A stretch of 62,598 bases of DNA, filler included, from Bipalium vagum (GCA_037834085.1; 3 parts of 3 records of this genome joined end to end with filler, not necessarily neighbours in it), one strand, 5' to 3'; positions 1 to 14,879 are shown, numbered from the whole stretch's first letter. The notes: generated from the sequence alone by a model not told the origin. Numbers and translations are program-made.

Positions 1-179
1 ATATTTTCACTTTATTTATAATTTTTTCACTTTTCAGAAATATTTCAAACGCGCTGTTTTTTTGAAACACCCTATATATAAAGTTCCATTTAATTACTGT
101 AAAGTCCAAATCAAATATATAATGTTAAATACGTAGTTTTAAATATTCCTATAAGCCATCACAGAAAAAAATTAAAAAT

Positions 180-800
180 ATATCAGATGAAAAGCGGGTA
201 GACATTATAAGAGTGTTAGAAGATGGTGAAATGATGGAAAGATGCTATCAAAGATTTGGTATATGCTACGTATCAGTTCCTAAAATGTATTGCGATTTTT
301 GTAAAACAGGTAAAGTTACAAAACTGAAGGTGGGTGGCAAGAAACCTAAAAAGCTTTCGCCCGAATAAATATTGCTTTTAAAAGCTTTATTAGTAGAGGA
401 CTGCACTCGAACTCAAAAAGAAATGAAGAAAAAAATAATGAGTTTTCAAAATCTGTTGATTAAAATCTGATGATTTTAATTTTTCGATAAAGCGTCTACC
501 TACTGTGAGTAGGTCAGCGTTAACTGAAAGATTGATCATTGAAAGAAAGCAATATAGTATTTGGATTCTGGAGGTGCAAAACAAAGGTAACGATAAGAAA
601 GAGTTATGGGAGATCTGAAAAAGAAAAAAAAGTAACACCGGGAATAAAATCTCGGAATTAGACTGCAATGGGTTGTATGTGGGATCAAGGTTTGGTACAT
701 TATAAAGCCCTGATAACAAAACGGAAACAGGGAATCATATCTAGATTTTATGGAAGAAGTTTTACGAAAAGTTCCAATTTCATTTAGAATTTTATACACA
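180..800 (+). mobile_element. Decayed IS630/Tc1-like transposase fragment
   Basis: Broken frames read like the HTH region (KVGGKKPKKL) and the later WDQGLVHYK...GNRESYLDFMEEVL segment of Tc1/IS630 transposases; many stops and frameshifts. Confidence 0.35.
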
Positions 801-3689
801 TTAATTGGAATTTCATATATTTAAATTAAATATTTGGAGTTAATTAATTAAGATATTTATTTTAATTAAATAAGTTATTATTAGAGAATTAATTTTGAAA
901 AATGTTCTTGATATTGTTTATAGAATGATAAAAAATAAAAGGAAGCAATACCATTTGTAATGGGATTGTTGAGCAGAATAATTAAGATCTTAAATATGAC
1001 TTTGACAAAAATATTTAACTAATTAAAACAAATAAAAATGAAAACGAAAAGTTATATTTATCAACCTCATTTTTCATGGGAAAACCTTCAATGAGAACAA
1101 TTATATAACAAGAAATGGAAATTTGAATATGGGAAAACTAAATAATTTAAGCCTTTCCCTAAAACGATTTTAAATTCAAGAAAATAACATGAAAATTCTC
1201 AAAGAAGTATGAAAAAGATATTAGAAATGAGAATAATCCCTTGAAAAGGAATATCAATGTTAATGATATGAAATACAATGAAAATGAAAAAAGAAAACAT
1301 TAAATTTTGCAAGGCTTATATTTTATTCATGTTCATTTATCAAAAGAATTTATGAAACTAATTAATAATTATTTAATTAATTCAACAATTTTTTGATTCA
1401 GTATTATATTCGAGAGAGTTCTTGAATTCATTCATAAGCAAATGAAGAATCCAGTAAATTCTCTGTAAGACGGTTACAGAAAATTATTCATTTACTTTTC
1501 TTACCAAGAGTCAAAATATCGATAAATAATAATATCGATAAAAAATTGACATCAAAACATTAATTAAACCACAGGGCTTGTCAACTAAAACGATGTTTTG
1601 TTAGTGACTACATAAAAAGATACTTATATTACATTTTTAAAGTAAGGATTCATATAATGTATTTTTATTCAATATTTATATTATATTTTTGTTTCCATTA
1701 GATTCAATTCTCAACCTGAATTTAAAAGATAAAAAAGAAAAAAGAAAGGAAACATAAAATTCCGGTGGTAATGTGTATTATCGATGAAGACGGGGAAAGA
1801 AAAACTTGTGAGTCATGGTAATAAAAAACAAAATGTGAAGTTAGCTCACAAAATATGGATTGTTGAAATCAATGAGTGATTATTGTTTTATTAATTTTTA
1901 TCCTGATTAATTTAATAAAAAATATTTAATTTAATTTATTTAATTATATTAAAAATACCTTTATTATTTATATTATTAAAATCTTAATGATTATAATATT
2001 GAAATATTTGAGTGGTTTTTCTTGGGTGTGAATGGAGAATTTAAATTTCAGATACATAGAGGTAGAATTATCCTGAATGAAATTATATAAAATTAAAAAA
2101 AATACTAGAGATTAAGTTATTTGATAGACATGCTCTGAAAAAAGGTTGTAATTCGTTTATTTTTTTAGATACAAGAAGGTTGAAGGTCACCATATTCGAA
2201 ACAATATTTATGATAAAATCACATTATGTTTCGACTATGAAGATATTAAAAATTGGTTTGACTCATTTTCATCACATATGATTTTATTTATTTATAATAA
2301 TATTATTTTTCTTGAAATTATCTAATAAATTCTCATGCTAGGGAGATATAGATTCATTTTTGAAGTCAGTACATAATATATTGAAAAGAAAAATGTCATA
2401 ATCTCTCAGTATGCCTTTTGAAAATAATGGTTTGAACTATTAATAAAGTCAGTTTTAGGTTTCGAGGAGTATTACTTGAACCGTCATTTTAATTTTCTCT
2501 ATCCCAGACTCAATTAGGATGTCAACTTAAGATTTATATTAAGAAAGTGAGAGCAGAAAATAATTGTTAATATTAAAATACGAGATCAAGTTGAAGAATC
2601 GTCTTTCAAAAATCAACCCATAAGCCGAAACCCGAAAATCGGATCTCTTATCCATTTACATTTAATCATTTATTCATGAATAATTTTGATTATATTTGTT
2701 AGATTTTAGGAACATAACAGTTTTAATTTTACATTAAAAATTTTAATATTATTTTATTCTTGATTCTCTTCAAACCAATTTGTCTTAGTCATATTACACT
2801 AAACAATAAAATAAACATGTCTATTTATTTCAAGGTCATGTGTGTGGTCATCTATAAATATGGTAAACACATAAAAATAGAATTAGTGAGAATTCCCAAA
2901 AACCAGAAGAACAAAGTAAGAATCACACCTGGGATTATGAAGAGGGAACAGCAGAGTAACATCGATATTCACGAAGAAAAGTTGTGATTTATTGGTTATC
3001 AAAAGAATAAAATCTGAAATTAACTTACAGTATTAAAAGGAGCACAAATCAATGAATCATTAATTTTTCTTTAATAAAACTCTGTTTATTTAATTAAAAA
3101 TTAAATTAAATTAAATTTTATTATATTTAATATTTTTTTATTTTACTTAAATTTATTGTTATTACTTATTTTTTATATTATTAAATTTAAGATCTTAACA
3201 AGAATAATATCGAAATAATTAGTTTTCTCAATAATTGATAACATTTTCTAGCGTAATATTCAAATTCTGAAACTCATTAAATTAATTACATTTTTTATCT
3301 AGTTCCGTACATAATTGAATAAAGTCACTATAAATAATATAATTTAATTTTCTGGAAATCTTTCTTTAAATTTTTAGAAAATTAGGAAAATATCAACTGA
3401 GTTTGTTAATTGATCTCATTGATTATTTATGTCCTTATTTTTATATTATTATTTATTAAAACTTTATTGATTATGTTTTAATATTTTGTCTGAGCAGCAA
3501 CAATCTGTTTTATGATAATTTTATTTCTATAGAATTTTTATTTTTGTAAATACCATGTTAATAAATGTATTAGAATTACCCACAAGAAATGTCGTTTTTG
3601 TCAAAAATTGTGAAAATGTTTATATTTTAACAACATGAACATTTAATCAACAAAAAATTCACAATCAAGTTTTATGACATTAAACCACC

Positions 3690-4300
3690 TGCTTATCAAA
3701 TTTTCAATCATAATTAAAAAAATTGAGTGTCTGGAGTTCAAGTACTTTAGCAAGTTATTTTTTCCATCCTGATAAAACTTTAAGAATCTTCCATTTAGAA
3801 ATTTCTTTAATGATTTATAGAGGTGAAGATCAGATTGAGCAAAATCGGGTGAGCATGTGGGATGAGTGAAAATCTCCCATTCAAGTTCCTAATCCTTTTT
3901 CTATTTATCCTAGAGATCTGGCATTGCCATGATGGAGGATAAAATTTTTTTCATTGAGAAGGACTGTCTAATGTGATATTTCTTAAGTGGATAAAAAATG
4001 TGGATGTCGATGGTTGCATGTGATACGTTGAGCTTACTTGAAGTATCAAGGATTGTTTTGTGACGAACTCTATTCATTAAGTCTTTGATTTCATCGTCAT
4101 TGACATCTAGATTGTTGCATACCTTTTAGTGAAAAACCATCTTTTTGGAATTTTTGAAACCAATACCTACATTGAAATTCTCTAAATGAACTCTCCTCAC
4201 TTCACATATTTTTTGCAACTTGGTGATCCATTTTTTCTTTACTGATAATAAAAAGTAAAATATACCTCAAATCCGTGTGCAATCTTCAAATTAAAGCTGA
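3690..4300 (-). mobile_element. Decayed mariner-like transposon fragment
   Basis: Minus strand gives a degenerate HPxxSPDxAP motif (rc of agattgagcaaaatcgggtgagcatgtgggatgag) and HTH-region remnants. Confidence 0.4.
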
Positions 4301-5599
4301 CAAATAAAAAAATGAAATAAAGCAATCTACAAAATTAACCTATTGGTTGAAATTGAATCCATTGAATATCTTTTAGTATTAGGTAAAAAAAGATTATTTT
4401 ATATAAAATACAGTTAAATGAAGTTAAATTTCTCTATGTAAAATTAGCTTTTACTTTCTTGCAAACCCAGTAAATATCTCGTCTTTAATTTATGAAGTGT
4501 ATTGTGAAAAGGGAATTATTATTAAAACATTATTAAAATAATATGTAAAATTAAATAAAATTTTTAAGTAAAAATTTGTACATGAGATCACATGGAAATC
4601 ACAAGATCTTAATGAAGTATAAAATAATATAGAAAGCAAATATTTTTTTTTCAAATAATAATATTTTGGTAACATATTTTGATCTAAATATTGTTTGTTA
4701 ATATCAATCGGTTTATAATCGGAACTAAAAGTCATTTTTGAATAGATTTATTAAGTGATATAACAAATAATATTTAAATAAATTTTCTCAGACCTGGAAA
4801 TTCCCTTTTTTACTTAAGTTTATTTTTAAAAAAAATATTTTTTAAAATTATTATTATTATTTATTTTATTATTATTTTAAATTTTTTTTTAAATTATTTT
4901 TTTATTTTTTAAAAATAAGTTTATTTTTAAAATTTCAATTATACTTTTTAAATATTTTAAAATAATTAAAATAAATAATTAAAAAATTCCCCAGGTTTGA
5001 TTGGCCTCCTCATATTGTTGATATATCAACAGTAGAGCGGGATGAATTTAAAAATAATAATAAGTAGTAATTGTAGTAACAGCTCATAGACAAAGATAAA
5101 GTAACTTTACAGAAAAAATAGTTTGAATCTTTATTAATATTACTGAATTTTACTTTGATAAGAAAATATTTTCTCTGCAAATTTTAAAATGGATGATATA
5201 ATCAATAATGTTTTTTGAAAATTTTTTACTTATAAAGAATTAGATTGAATTTAGAGACAAACCAGGTTTCTCCATAGACCTACATGAGTAAATTACATAG
5301 ATAAAATGTGTCAAAAGTTATGGTCGATTGTATTTTTTTTCTTTTTCTGATTATCCAAATGTACAACTGGGTATATATAATAAATAATAATTAACATGAA
5401 TACATAAATCTCTATTAGCACAACAATAGAAAATCTCACACATTTTTCCTTAAAAAAATATTTTCATTTCATTCATCATTTCAATCGGAATTGGGTCTTA
5501 ACAGAATCTTAACTTGGGTCATTTATTCTGTTATTTGCTGATTTTTTTAAAAGAAAATCTTAAATGATGATGATGAGTTTGTAGATGCAAGTTAAAAAA

Positions 5600-6300
5600 C
5601 TATCCAAAAATAATATCTTTCATTGTGTGATGAGTATAAAGGATAAATGATTTGTTATCCTTTGACATTTCATGTAAGATAGATTTGTTTAACTTCTATG
5701 TGTTTCCTGGCTGGTGAGGGTATAATCGAATGATTTCAAAATTTACATTGACCTTTATTCAACCTTCTAATTTGACTCAACAACTAACTTAATATCATCG
5801 TTGGTTACGATCACTGATCTCCCAGAGCGTGCTTCGTCTGTCAAGCTGTAATCTCTTAAAAAATGTTTTTGAACAACTTCCTGCAGTTCGAGAACTTACG
5901 GCATAATCATCGAACTTGAGAGATATTTTTTGTCCGCTTCGAACGTATTAGATCGTCTCATAAGTCTTGACAGAAAATATGTATGGAACAAAAATTTATT
6001 TTATAAAAACACAGGAATATTTTATTCAATAATATAATGCATATCGTTATCAATTATCTTTGTCAAACTTTCAGGCAAAGTTCAATACCATGTTTGAAGA
6101 ACTTCTGGTCCTTTCCGGCGAAATACGCAAAGACGGCAATTTCGACAGTGCATTTGCTATTGGATTATTTTTCCTTTAAGAAGTGATGTAATGAACTGAA
6201 AAGATAATAATATGTTGGAGCCATATCTGAACTATATGATGGGTGAGAAAGAAATTCTCATCCAAACTCTTTTAGTTTCTCGCTGGTCATTAAGTTCTTT
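5600..6300 (-). mobile_element. Mariner transposase remnants (HTH part of one copy and C-terminal part of another)
   Basis: Minus strand reads DYSLTDEARSGRS (HTH-linker) near 5830 and SHPSYSSDMAPTYYYLFSSLHHFLKGK (YSPDLAPSDY motif) near 6170-6250. 5985-6290 closely matches 57220-57520. Confidence 0.7.
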
Positions 6301-6381
6301 ATTATTAATAAGAGGACATTGAAAAGTATTAGTTGTATTTATACGATGAACTCTAACAACGAATATCTTAATAAAATATAA

Positions 6382-7455
6382 TTAAAACAAACGTACTACC
6401 TTTTCGGATAAGGTCATGAAGTTCCGGCAAATAACGAATTGTTGTTGCCCATTCAAACAAAGAATTTGTCCTTCAATCAGTCCCAGTAAATCGAACCGTA
6501 TTTCCCCTATTTTTTGCAATTTATTCCCCTTTTTCGTTTCATATTGTATCAAATTGAACATTAAAACAAGGTTGTCGTTGCATGCATTGAATATTTGCTT
6601 TTCATTAATGTCAATTGAAAAAATTTCATCGAAATTTATAACCTCTCCCAAGCATGATTGAATGTTGGTTTGGTTGTTATAGATCAATTTGGAATTTTGA
6701 ACATACAATTCCATTTGCAGCTGATAACATTTCTTTTTCGATTGCACAATGTCAGTTATTTTTATCACCACCAGTTCCAACACCTTTTCCTTTTCCAACT
6801 GAGAAAGCATGAAATACAGTTTTCCTTGACTCTCTGATTTCGTCAAAACCAACTGATTTAAGTGTTCCGTCGACTGTCCGAGACCATGGGTTAATTCCGG
6901 ACAAGCTAATCTGCACGTTTCAAAAAGTGACATACTGGCTCTTCGTTCTTTTCTTTCTTCACTCCAATCCAGACTTCCGTCATCGGACAAAATCTTCAAT
7001 TCATCACTATGTGAAAAAACTATGGAACTGAATCTTCTTTTACTGTTCATCAGTGACATTTTGTCCAGAACAGAATCGGAAGCGTCCCTCCCAGTTTCGT
7101 CACAGCTTGGCATTGTAGTGGAATCACAGGTATCGTCAAATGTTATCGCTATCGATGGAACTTCGTTTTTATCTTCTGAATAAATTCCAATGGTTTCCAG
7201 TTTGTTAAGTTTGTTTATTTGTGTTGCTCCATAACCATTTATTTTACAAGTCTGGGGGCAAGTTAAGACTGTATTTACAGATCCAAAAGTACCATTTCCA
7301 ATGAATTCTTCATTTTTACGACCATCTCTTTCTTCGGAATGGCTCTTTTTTCTTTTTCGATAAATTGGAATCAACCAAATCAACCCAAAAATAACCAGAA
7401 CCCCTAAGACCACAGTGACCACAAACAAAGTGATTATTTTCGAATAAACTTCCAT
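6382..7455 (-). CDS. Synaptotagmin-like protein: N-terminal TM helix, linker and one C2 domain (probably a large coding exon)
   Basis: 363 aa open frame. ATG at 7455 follows a splice acceptor (tttccctttgttag, 7467-7468). Hydrophobic helix IITLFVVTVVLGVLVIFGLIWLIPIY is followed by RKRKK. C2 pattern GKLYFML...LELVVIKITDI...INFDEIFSIDI...LVLMFNL...KIGEIRFDL. Possible donors at 6399 or 6396; downstream exons not found. Confidence 0.75.
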   Translation of the reverse strand: MEVYSKIITLFVVTVVLGVLVIFGLIWLIPIYRKRKKSHSEERDGRKNEEFIGNGTFGSVNTVLTCPQTCKINGYGATQINKLNKLETIGIYSEDKNEVPSIAITFDDTCDSTTMPSCDETGRDASDSVLDKMSLMNSKRRFSSIVFSHSDELKILSDDGSLDWSEERKERRASMSLFETCRLACPELTHGLGQSTEHLNQLVLTKSESQGKLYFMLSQLEKEKVLELVVIKITDIVQSKKKCYQLQMELYVQNSKLIYNNQTNIQSCLGEVINFDEIFSIDINEKQIFNACNDNLVLMFNLIQYETKKGNKLQKIGEIRFDLLGLIEGQILCLNGQQQFVICRNFMTLSEKVVRLF

Positions 7456-8699
7456 GACCCAGATATCTAACAAAGGGAAAATATAAAAATAATTAAAAAT
7501 AAACAGAAAATATAATAAATCCTTGACAAATATTTATTGATTGTTTTAATTAATAAACATATTTCACAATATCGATATTCAATCAGAACTTTAAATAATC
7601 ATTATTTTCCAAATTATTTTTTTGGAATATATTTTTTTGGAATATATTTTTTTTCATTGAATACCTGAAAAAGAATGCATTATAATCTGAGAGCATTATC
7701 ACTCAGAACTCACATAAAATATCTGAACTCTCCATGCATTAAAAAACGGAAAGATTATTGAAAAGAAATGAGAATAATTTTCCCGCTTTTTAAGAGAATT
7801 TAACTGATCTTTTTCCTATATAATCCCTCGCTCTCTTTATCTTTCCTCGTTTTTATTGACGATGATGAGCTGAGAATAATATTTCTTTTGTTTCCCCCCT
7901 GTTTTCTTAAATATTTAAAATTAGTTCCAACTCATTGACGGTGAATGAAGAACCATGATGTTTTTTGTTGATTCTACGGCATTGGGTTTCTGTTTTATCT
8001 ATTATTTGTATTGCTTTAATGGTCCCGATATATTTTTCCTTTACAATAGATATAACATTAATTATTCATTTGGTCTCGAATATAATTTCTTCGACTTCTG
8101 AAAAGACTTCTTAAATCAGTCTTTACTTTGAAATAGTACATATCTTCTTTCGGTCCAGTAAGTAATGTTTATTAGATTGTGATGTTCAGAACGTAATGGT
8201 GTTTTTTGAAGTCAACAAAGATTTATTTCTTATAAACAATTAATCACACATGTATTCAGTATTACTTTGAAAACACAGTCACCACTCCGCCAACTTTTTG
8301 ACAAATGTTTATGCTGTTCTAAAAGAATCTGATTCAATATGAATTATTAAGCCGTGTACTAAAGGTCAAGAAATTTTCTTTACTAATGTTTTAAAATGAA
8401 CTTTGGCATTTTACTCTGTTCTCTGTGTTACTACTGCACATCAGCGAAATAATTTTTAAGACTTCTGCAGTACTACATTTTTTTCTAAGCTCATATATCA
8501 CGATTTACGTCAAATCTTTCTCATTTCCATTCTGAAACAATGCATAAATTATTATTAAACTTTTTTTTATTGTGCTGTCAAAAAACAAAATTGATGAGTT
8601 TAAATTGATATTTTCTTTTCACCTAAAATCGATTAGTTTTCTTAAACAAATTAATATTTGAGTATATGAAGACTGAAACAAGTTTGTTTAACAAAATAT

Positions 8700-9560
8700 A
8701 TATAATATTATATATTATTTAGTAAATTTTACAATTTGACCTAGTGTACTGATGCTTCTCATGGTATGATCCAAAGTATTCTTACTGAAGATCTCTTTTT
8801 AAAAAACAGAAAAGTGTATCCCACACATTTTGTCACAAGAGCAACTGAAAAATCAAAATAGCGTCTCAGAAGCAAAATAAATTCCAATTCCTTGAAATTA
8901 TCAATACAATATTTGTGAACATCTTCTTCTCATCCATGAAAAGATATTAAATCATTGAAGTGGAAAGGAAGCAGTTCAACAAAATTTGGGTAATTGATTC
9001 CAAAGCAAGATCGTATGTAGAATGGCGTCTGCAACACGAAAATAATGAGAGCAATATCGCTTTTATATTTTTAGGCAAGTTTTGTGCAGTTGTGTTTCAT
9101 GCTGATGAATCTGTCAAAACGAATATTATCTTAAATTCTTTCGGAGGATGATTCAATTTCAGATGTCATGTGACATCAGCTCTAATAGCCGATATTATTT
9201 TCATGAGAGATAATGCTTTTCCACATTGTGTTGCTTCTGTAATCAGATTTCTTGAAGAAAATTTAATAATTTTGCCACTTCAGCTACCTTAAAATCCAGA
9301 TTTTAATATGCTCGATCGGTGTGTGTTTACTAAATTGGAAAGGAATTGATATTGACAAATTTTTCTAACCGTAAATGAAATGAAAACAGTGTTTTACGAA
9401 CACTATCTTCCAATGACTTAATAAACTACTTCGAGTAGATGAAAACCGAACTTCAATCTATCATTGATGCACATTGATACCTATGATTTAGATTAACCTC
9501 CAATATTTGTAGTCTTTTTGTTTTTAAAGACATAATTTTGACAAGCTTTTTGGTACGATT
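8700..9560 (+). mobile_element. Highly decayed mariner/Tc1-like relic
   Basis: Remnants such as MRDNAFPH and QLP*NPDFNMLDR (PxSPDxN-like) in broken frames. Confidence 0.35.
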
Positions 9561-11356
9561 GTAGTATTACATTTTATTACGTGAACTTGTTTTTAGATTA
9601 GATTGGGTATTAATAACGATAATATTAACCACTAACAAACCCCTTAACATGTCAAAGTCATTCTCATTTACGATAACGTCAAGCATCATTCTGCTTGTTA
9701 AAGTTGAACTTTAGATGTTGACCTAATGTCAACATTGTCAGTTCTGATTTAATATACCAATTTCTTGTCGTTCTCAAATGTCGGAAAAAATAATCAGAGA
9801 AATAGTTACAAAAGTATTATAATATCATTTCCAGAATGACAAAATGCTTTGAAAATCGGATAGAGTATAGAGCAGTATGTGAACTTTAAAAACAATTTGG
9901 AATTTGAATCTCAATCATTATTTCATCATTTAGCAAAAGTTCCATAGTAAAGAATAATTGTTTAAGTAATAAGATTTTTGAAGCGGTAGTTTCAATTAAA
10001 TTAAATAAATAATCATAATCATAATTAATATTAATATAACGGTTAATTAATTAATATACTCAATAATTAAATAAAATGAATTATATTTAAAATATTTATT
10101 TTATGAAATATCTACACAAGTTTAACATTTATTAAATTAAATAAATAAAAATTGAAACTTTTTTCTCTTAATATTTAAATTACCCATATTTACTTTTCTT
10201 CATAAAATTGTTGGATTAAACTTTATCGAAAGAAATTTAAGATTTAATTTTTTTGTCAATTTCAAAACAAAAAAAATAATTAAAAAAAAACAAAATTGTT
10301 GATAAAATATAAATATAATTATTTTTATTTTCTCAATTTTTTCAATAAAATAAATGAGCGATTGATTTTTTGGAAAATTAATCTTCATAATTTTAAAATA
10401 AAAAATTTTTCCAAAATTAATTAATTGCTAATAGGTGATATATATTTATACAAACGGTTTTGATATTAATTATTAACGTAACTGTCATGCTCTAAAACCA
10501 AGTTGAATGATAAAAAAAGTTTAATGTGTAAACCACGAATAAATGGATAAAATTGACTAAATTAAAACAATATTCTTTTGTTTTATTTTCACTAATAAAT
10601 TATTTCTCACGGAATTTTAATAATGAAAATATTATTTATAAAAATAAAAAATCATGAAATATTTTATTTCATATATCTTACCATCTTTTATTTAACATTA
10701 CTTAAAATATAGAACCTTTTACTCAAAAGACGGCTGTGACATATAAATATAAAACTATTTGTTTTAATTTCTTTTTTAAAAAACCCCTCTTAAAATATTC
10801 AACAAATAACCTAATTATATTATAAAATACCTATTGGAAAGCTGTTGACAAAATCATAATTCCCATTAAATATAAATAAATAAATAATAATAAATAAAAA
10901 AATGTCAACGATTATCAAATTTATATCAAATCTCTTCGGATAAATAATTAAAGATATAATGAGATTTTTAATTGATATTTTAATTTATAAGATAATAATA
11001 GGAAAACTTACCGAAATCTTCCTCTCGCAATAAGAAATGATAAAAGAGAGGAATCTTTGAGAATTATTAATTGATAAAAACATTATTTCATTGGACAGTA
11101 ATGTAAATCAATGAAACTGAATTAATTAAAAAATAATTTAAAATTTCTTTTTTCTAATAATCACTTAAACAAAATCCTCAATAGATAGGCATGGAGTAAT
11201 ATAAAATATAAAATATATATTATTAAAACAAATATTTAATAGTAATGTAAATATCATTTTAAAAATTATTCTTAATATTCTTAAAATATTATTCTTAATA
11301 TATTTAAATAAGATGTTTAATTTTTAACCATCTTAAAATAATAAATATGAATTATA

Positions 11357-12543
11357 CAGTGTAACCCGCTTAATATCACGACGTCCGTTGCAGAGAAAAT
11401 CATGGTTTTAACCGGATAAAGTGATATTGACATGAAACCTGGTCTTCGTAATATTTAAGAATATATAAAAAATACAATAAAATGAATAATGAAAAAACAA
11501 GAGAAAACGTATGAAAAATAATTTATTCCGGGATTGTAAAAAAGTATTAAGAATTATTTGTCTTTGATCTATTGTTCAAAATAACGTATACCTGGGTTTC
11601 CAATTGATTTAATTATTTCAAATTTTGTATGAGATTCCTTAACACAAAAGATTGAATCATTGGTGATGACTTTAAATCCAAGTCTTTACCAATAATCATC
11701 AATTCTGTTTCAACCTCTTCATCTTCGTCACAGTGATTAATTTTCTTAGGATTATATTTTCTTATAATATTCTCAATTATAGTTTTATCATTTAAAGGTT
11801 CGATACATTCTAAAACTTGATCTATTTCAATGAAGATATCGAAATTGAAGTAAAAATCATTTCCATCAGCTGGTATATCTTCATTTTCTAAACTTACCTA
11901 ATTACTTTTAGATATATTTGCCTTTGTGAAGCAATCACTATTCCAGTTTCAAATTTCTCATTATTTGTCCGTAAAATTTCACTACTATTTAATAGGTTTA
12001 CTAGTGGACGTCGCTTCCAGAAGCCGTCGATGTAAAGCTTCATCGACATTTGCAAAATTAATAAAACGCTGTCGTTTACGGTTGATATTTCCTGCACTGA
12101 CAAGTACAACATCCTCTGTTTTAAAACTTTACTTACAAATGAGGGTTAAATTTAAATTTTTTAATTGACCTAAATAGATATTTTTGGATCACCTTCAATT
12201 TCCGCAATAATTTTTATTTTTTTAATAAAAATTTTAACTCGTTTCTTATTTTTACTCATTTCTTACGAAATATATTAAATATTGTCACATAATTTTTTAC
12301 AATGTATTTATGTTTTAAAATAGTCTTCAAAAGGACTATTATTTAGGTAAATCTAAAGTTAGTGAACTGTGATATAAAGCGGTTAATTTCTAATAATATT
12401 ATTGTAATATAAAATTAAAAATAAATCAAATTAAGCCACACCGGTTATAAAGCGAAGTGAATATAAGAGGGTTAAAGTTTGTTATTCCAATGGAATTAAC
12501 CAAATTGTTTTCATTTTTCCGTGATATTAAGCGGATTAAATTG
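11357..12543 (-). mobile_element. Internally deleted pogo/Tigger-like DNA transposon with TIRs
   Basis: Left end TA|CAGTGTAACCCGCTTAATATCACG matches the reverse complement of the right end (CAATTTAATCCGCTTAATATCACG). Minus strand has CENP-B HTH remnants (MSKNKKRVK...RKRQRFINFANVDEAL) and an acidic C-terminal tail. Confidence 0.75.
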
Positions 12544-14015
12544 AACCTTTCCTTTTTATACAATAGTAAAAAAAATACATTGCATCAATGCCAAAATTCT
12601 GGCTTGATTTGAGGAAATATATGTTATGTGAGCATGCAAGAGTTAAAATATATTTTTGTATCCAACAAGTTATGATAATAATATATTAATATTTTCTAAC
12701 ATTTCAATACAACCATTTGTTTAAATAATCGTTTAACATTTCATCGATATTTCAAAATATGAACACCGAAAAAAATACATTTAAAGCATTTCTGTAAAGG
12801 CATGAACGTCGGAGCGACGTGTTTAAACATTAAAAGCATATACGTAGATATTGCTTTTCTCTTTGAATCATTACAAACGGTAAGCAAGATTTCGTGAACA
12901 AGACTTCAGTTTAGAAGATCAAACCAATTCTGACAGATTTTAACGAATGAGATTTCGAAAAACCCAAGACTTGAACACATTTTTGGCAAAATACCCTCAT
13001 GGATCTTTCTCAAAAAGGACTACTAAAACACTAAGGGCCGAAAAATGTTTTTCCTTTTTACTTATATAACAGTTAATTAAACTGTTCCGATCCAAATCCT
13101 TTATTAAAAGCTTAATTTATATATAAATTACTAAACTCAGAAATGGAGAAATTTTATTTTCACAAAAAATTAAATAATTCCACACAAAAGAAAAATTATT
13201 TTTTCTTTATTTCTCAAAGCTTTAAAATTTCGTGCGGCAATTACATATTTTTTTTTGTTTTATTAATTGACATAAAAAATTAACAATTTGAAATAAAATT
13301 TATTTTATTTATTAAAGATATTTTTGGAATAAGTTATTTATTTATATTAGAAAAAAAAATCATTAATCACATTCAATATGAAAAGGTATGGAAAAAAATA
13401 ATCCTTTTGTGTATTTCATTTTCTTCTTTTATATTTTATTTTCATTTCGTTGAAAAATATGATTATTATTTTTCTAAGTCTTTTTCTAAGATTGGGAAAT
13501 TTTCAATCTCATTTTTCTGAAGATTTCAATTTTCCATTGAAACTTTATTTTTGAAAATATATAAAAATAAGCAGAGAAATTAATTTATCTTCATTTCTTT
13601 CACGAAATTGTCAAATTCCATCTGAGAACAGAAATCCATTTATTCTTGGAGAGAAACCGTTTAGGCCCTATGTGGAATAATTCGACTATTTGTCTTTGAT
13701 AATTTGGATGTGGCAGTTTGCTGGTTACTGATAATGAAGCCTTAAAGAACGTGTACTTGGGAGGGGGGAAATTCAATTATTTTAATATTGAATGAATTTT
13801 TTTTGTAAAATGTCTTACAAAAAATAAATAGAAAATCACGAGGCCTGAAATTTTTATGATTGAAATTGAAATGAAAATCATTTGAAGATAAAATTTATTT
13901 TGTAGCATGGATATTTTTCCTCATACTCGGCTCTCGATAGAGTGATGGTGTACATGGAGGGGAGGTTTATAACGAAAGGTTTTTCACGTAAAATTTCATA
14001 GCAAAACACAAGTTG

Positions 14016-14115
14016 NNNNNNNNNNNNNNNNNNNNNNNNNNNNNNNNNNNNNNNNNNNNNNNNNNNNNNNNNNNNNNNNNNNNNNNNNNNNNNNNNNNNN
14101 NNNNNNNNNNNNNNN
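14016..14115. other. Assembly gap (100 N) flanked by a duplicated ~80 bp overlap
   Basis: agagtgatggtgtac...acacaagttg occurs identically on both sides of the N run. Confidence 0.95.
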
Positions 14116-14879
14116 AGAGTGATGGTGTACATGGAGGGGAGGTTTATAACGAAAGGTTTTTCACGTAAAATTTCATAGCAAAACACAAGTTGTCTTCTTT
14201 GTGAAGTATTCAAAACAGATATTTAAAATATCTGTTGCAGATGGTGATTAACTGTTTGTTTCATACATTTTCGGTTTACTTTTGAAACTTTTTCTTCTTC
14301 TTTAGATAAAAAAGCACGTGATATATTGAAAATTTTACCTGGATTTTCAAAATATTTGCTGTCTTGATGGTTTTATAAGAGGAAGTAAGTAAAATTTGTA
14401 ATCATTCAGTAAGGTGGTGGCACAAAATATTTAAAGTTTCAAATGTATTCTGACACACGCATTTGACACACCTGAGGCATTGTTCACGTCGTACCATTAC
14501 GAATTCATGCGGCATTAACTGTATAAGAACAGTTCGATGTTTTCCGTTTTTTGTGATCAATGCTCACCAGTACACACTTTGAACTGTATATTATTAGATT
14601 ATATGCAGCTTTGATTCAAACATTTTAGTCTTATTTATTTTACGACGTTTAGGAAACTGATATGCCTAAGAGGAAGTTGTTCTTATTGTATTGAAACATT
14701 AGCAAAACTAATGATTTAATCACATTGAATTCTCTACCTTGACCGAATACTTTTTGTTCAATGAGTAAATGTGAATCAGCCTCTGTGCCGTGACCAGAGA
14801 CTTGATCTACACTCCAAAAAATAATGCTTACCCTCTGATGGCTCATGGCTTGGGTCATATATTTTTATTGGTGAGATCT

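Noticed and set aside
13878-14213. ORF with an apparent internal repeat across Ns
   Set aside because: The identical ~80 bp on each side of a 100-N gap is an unmerged contig overlap, an assembly artefact.
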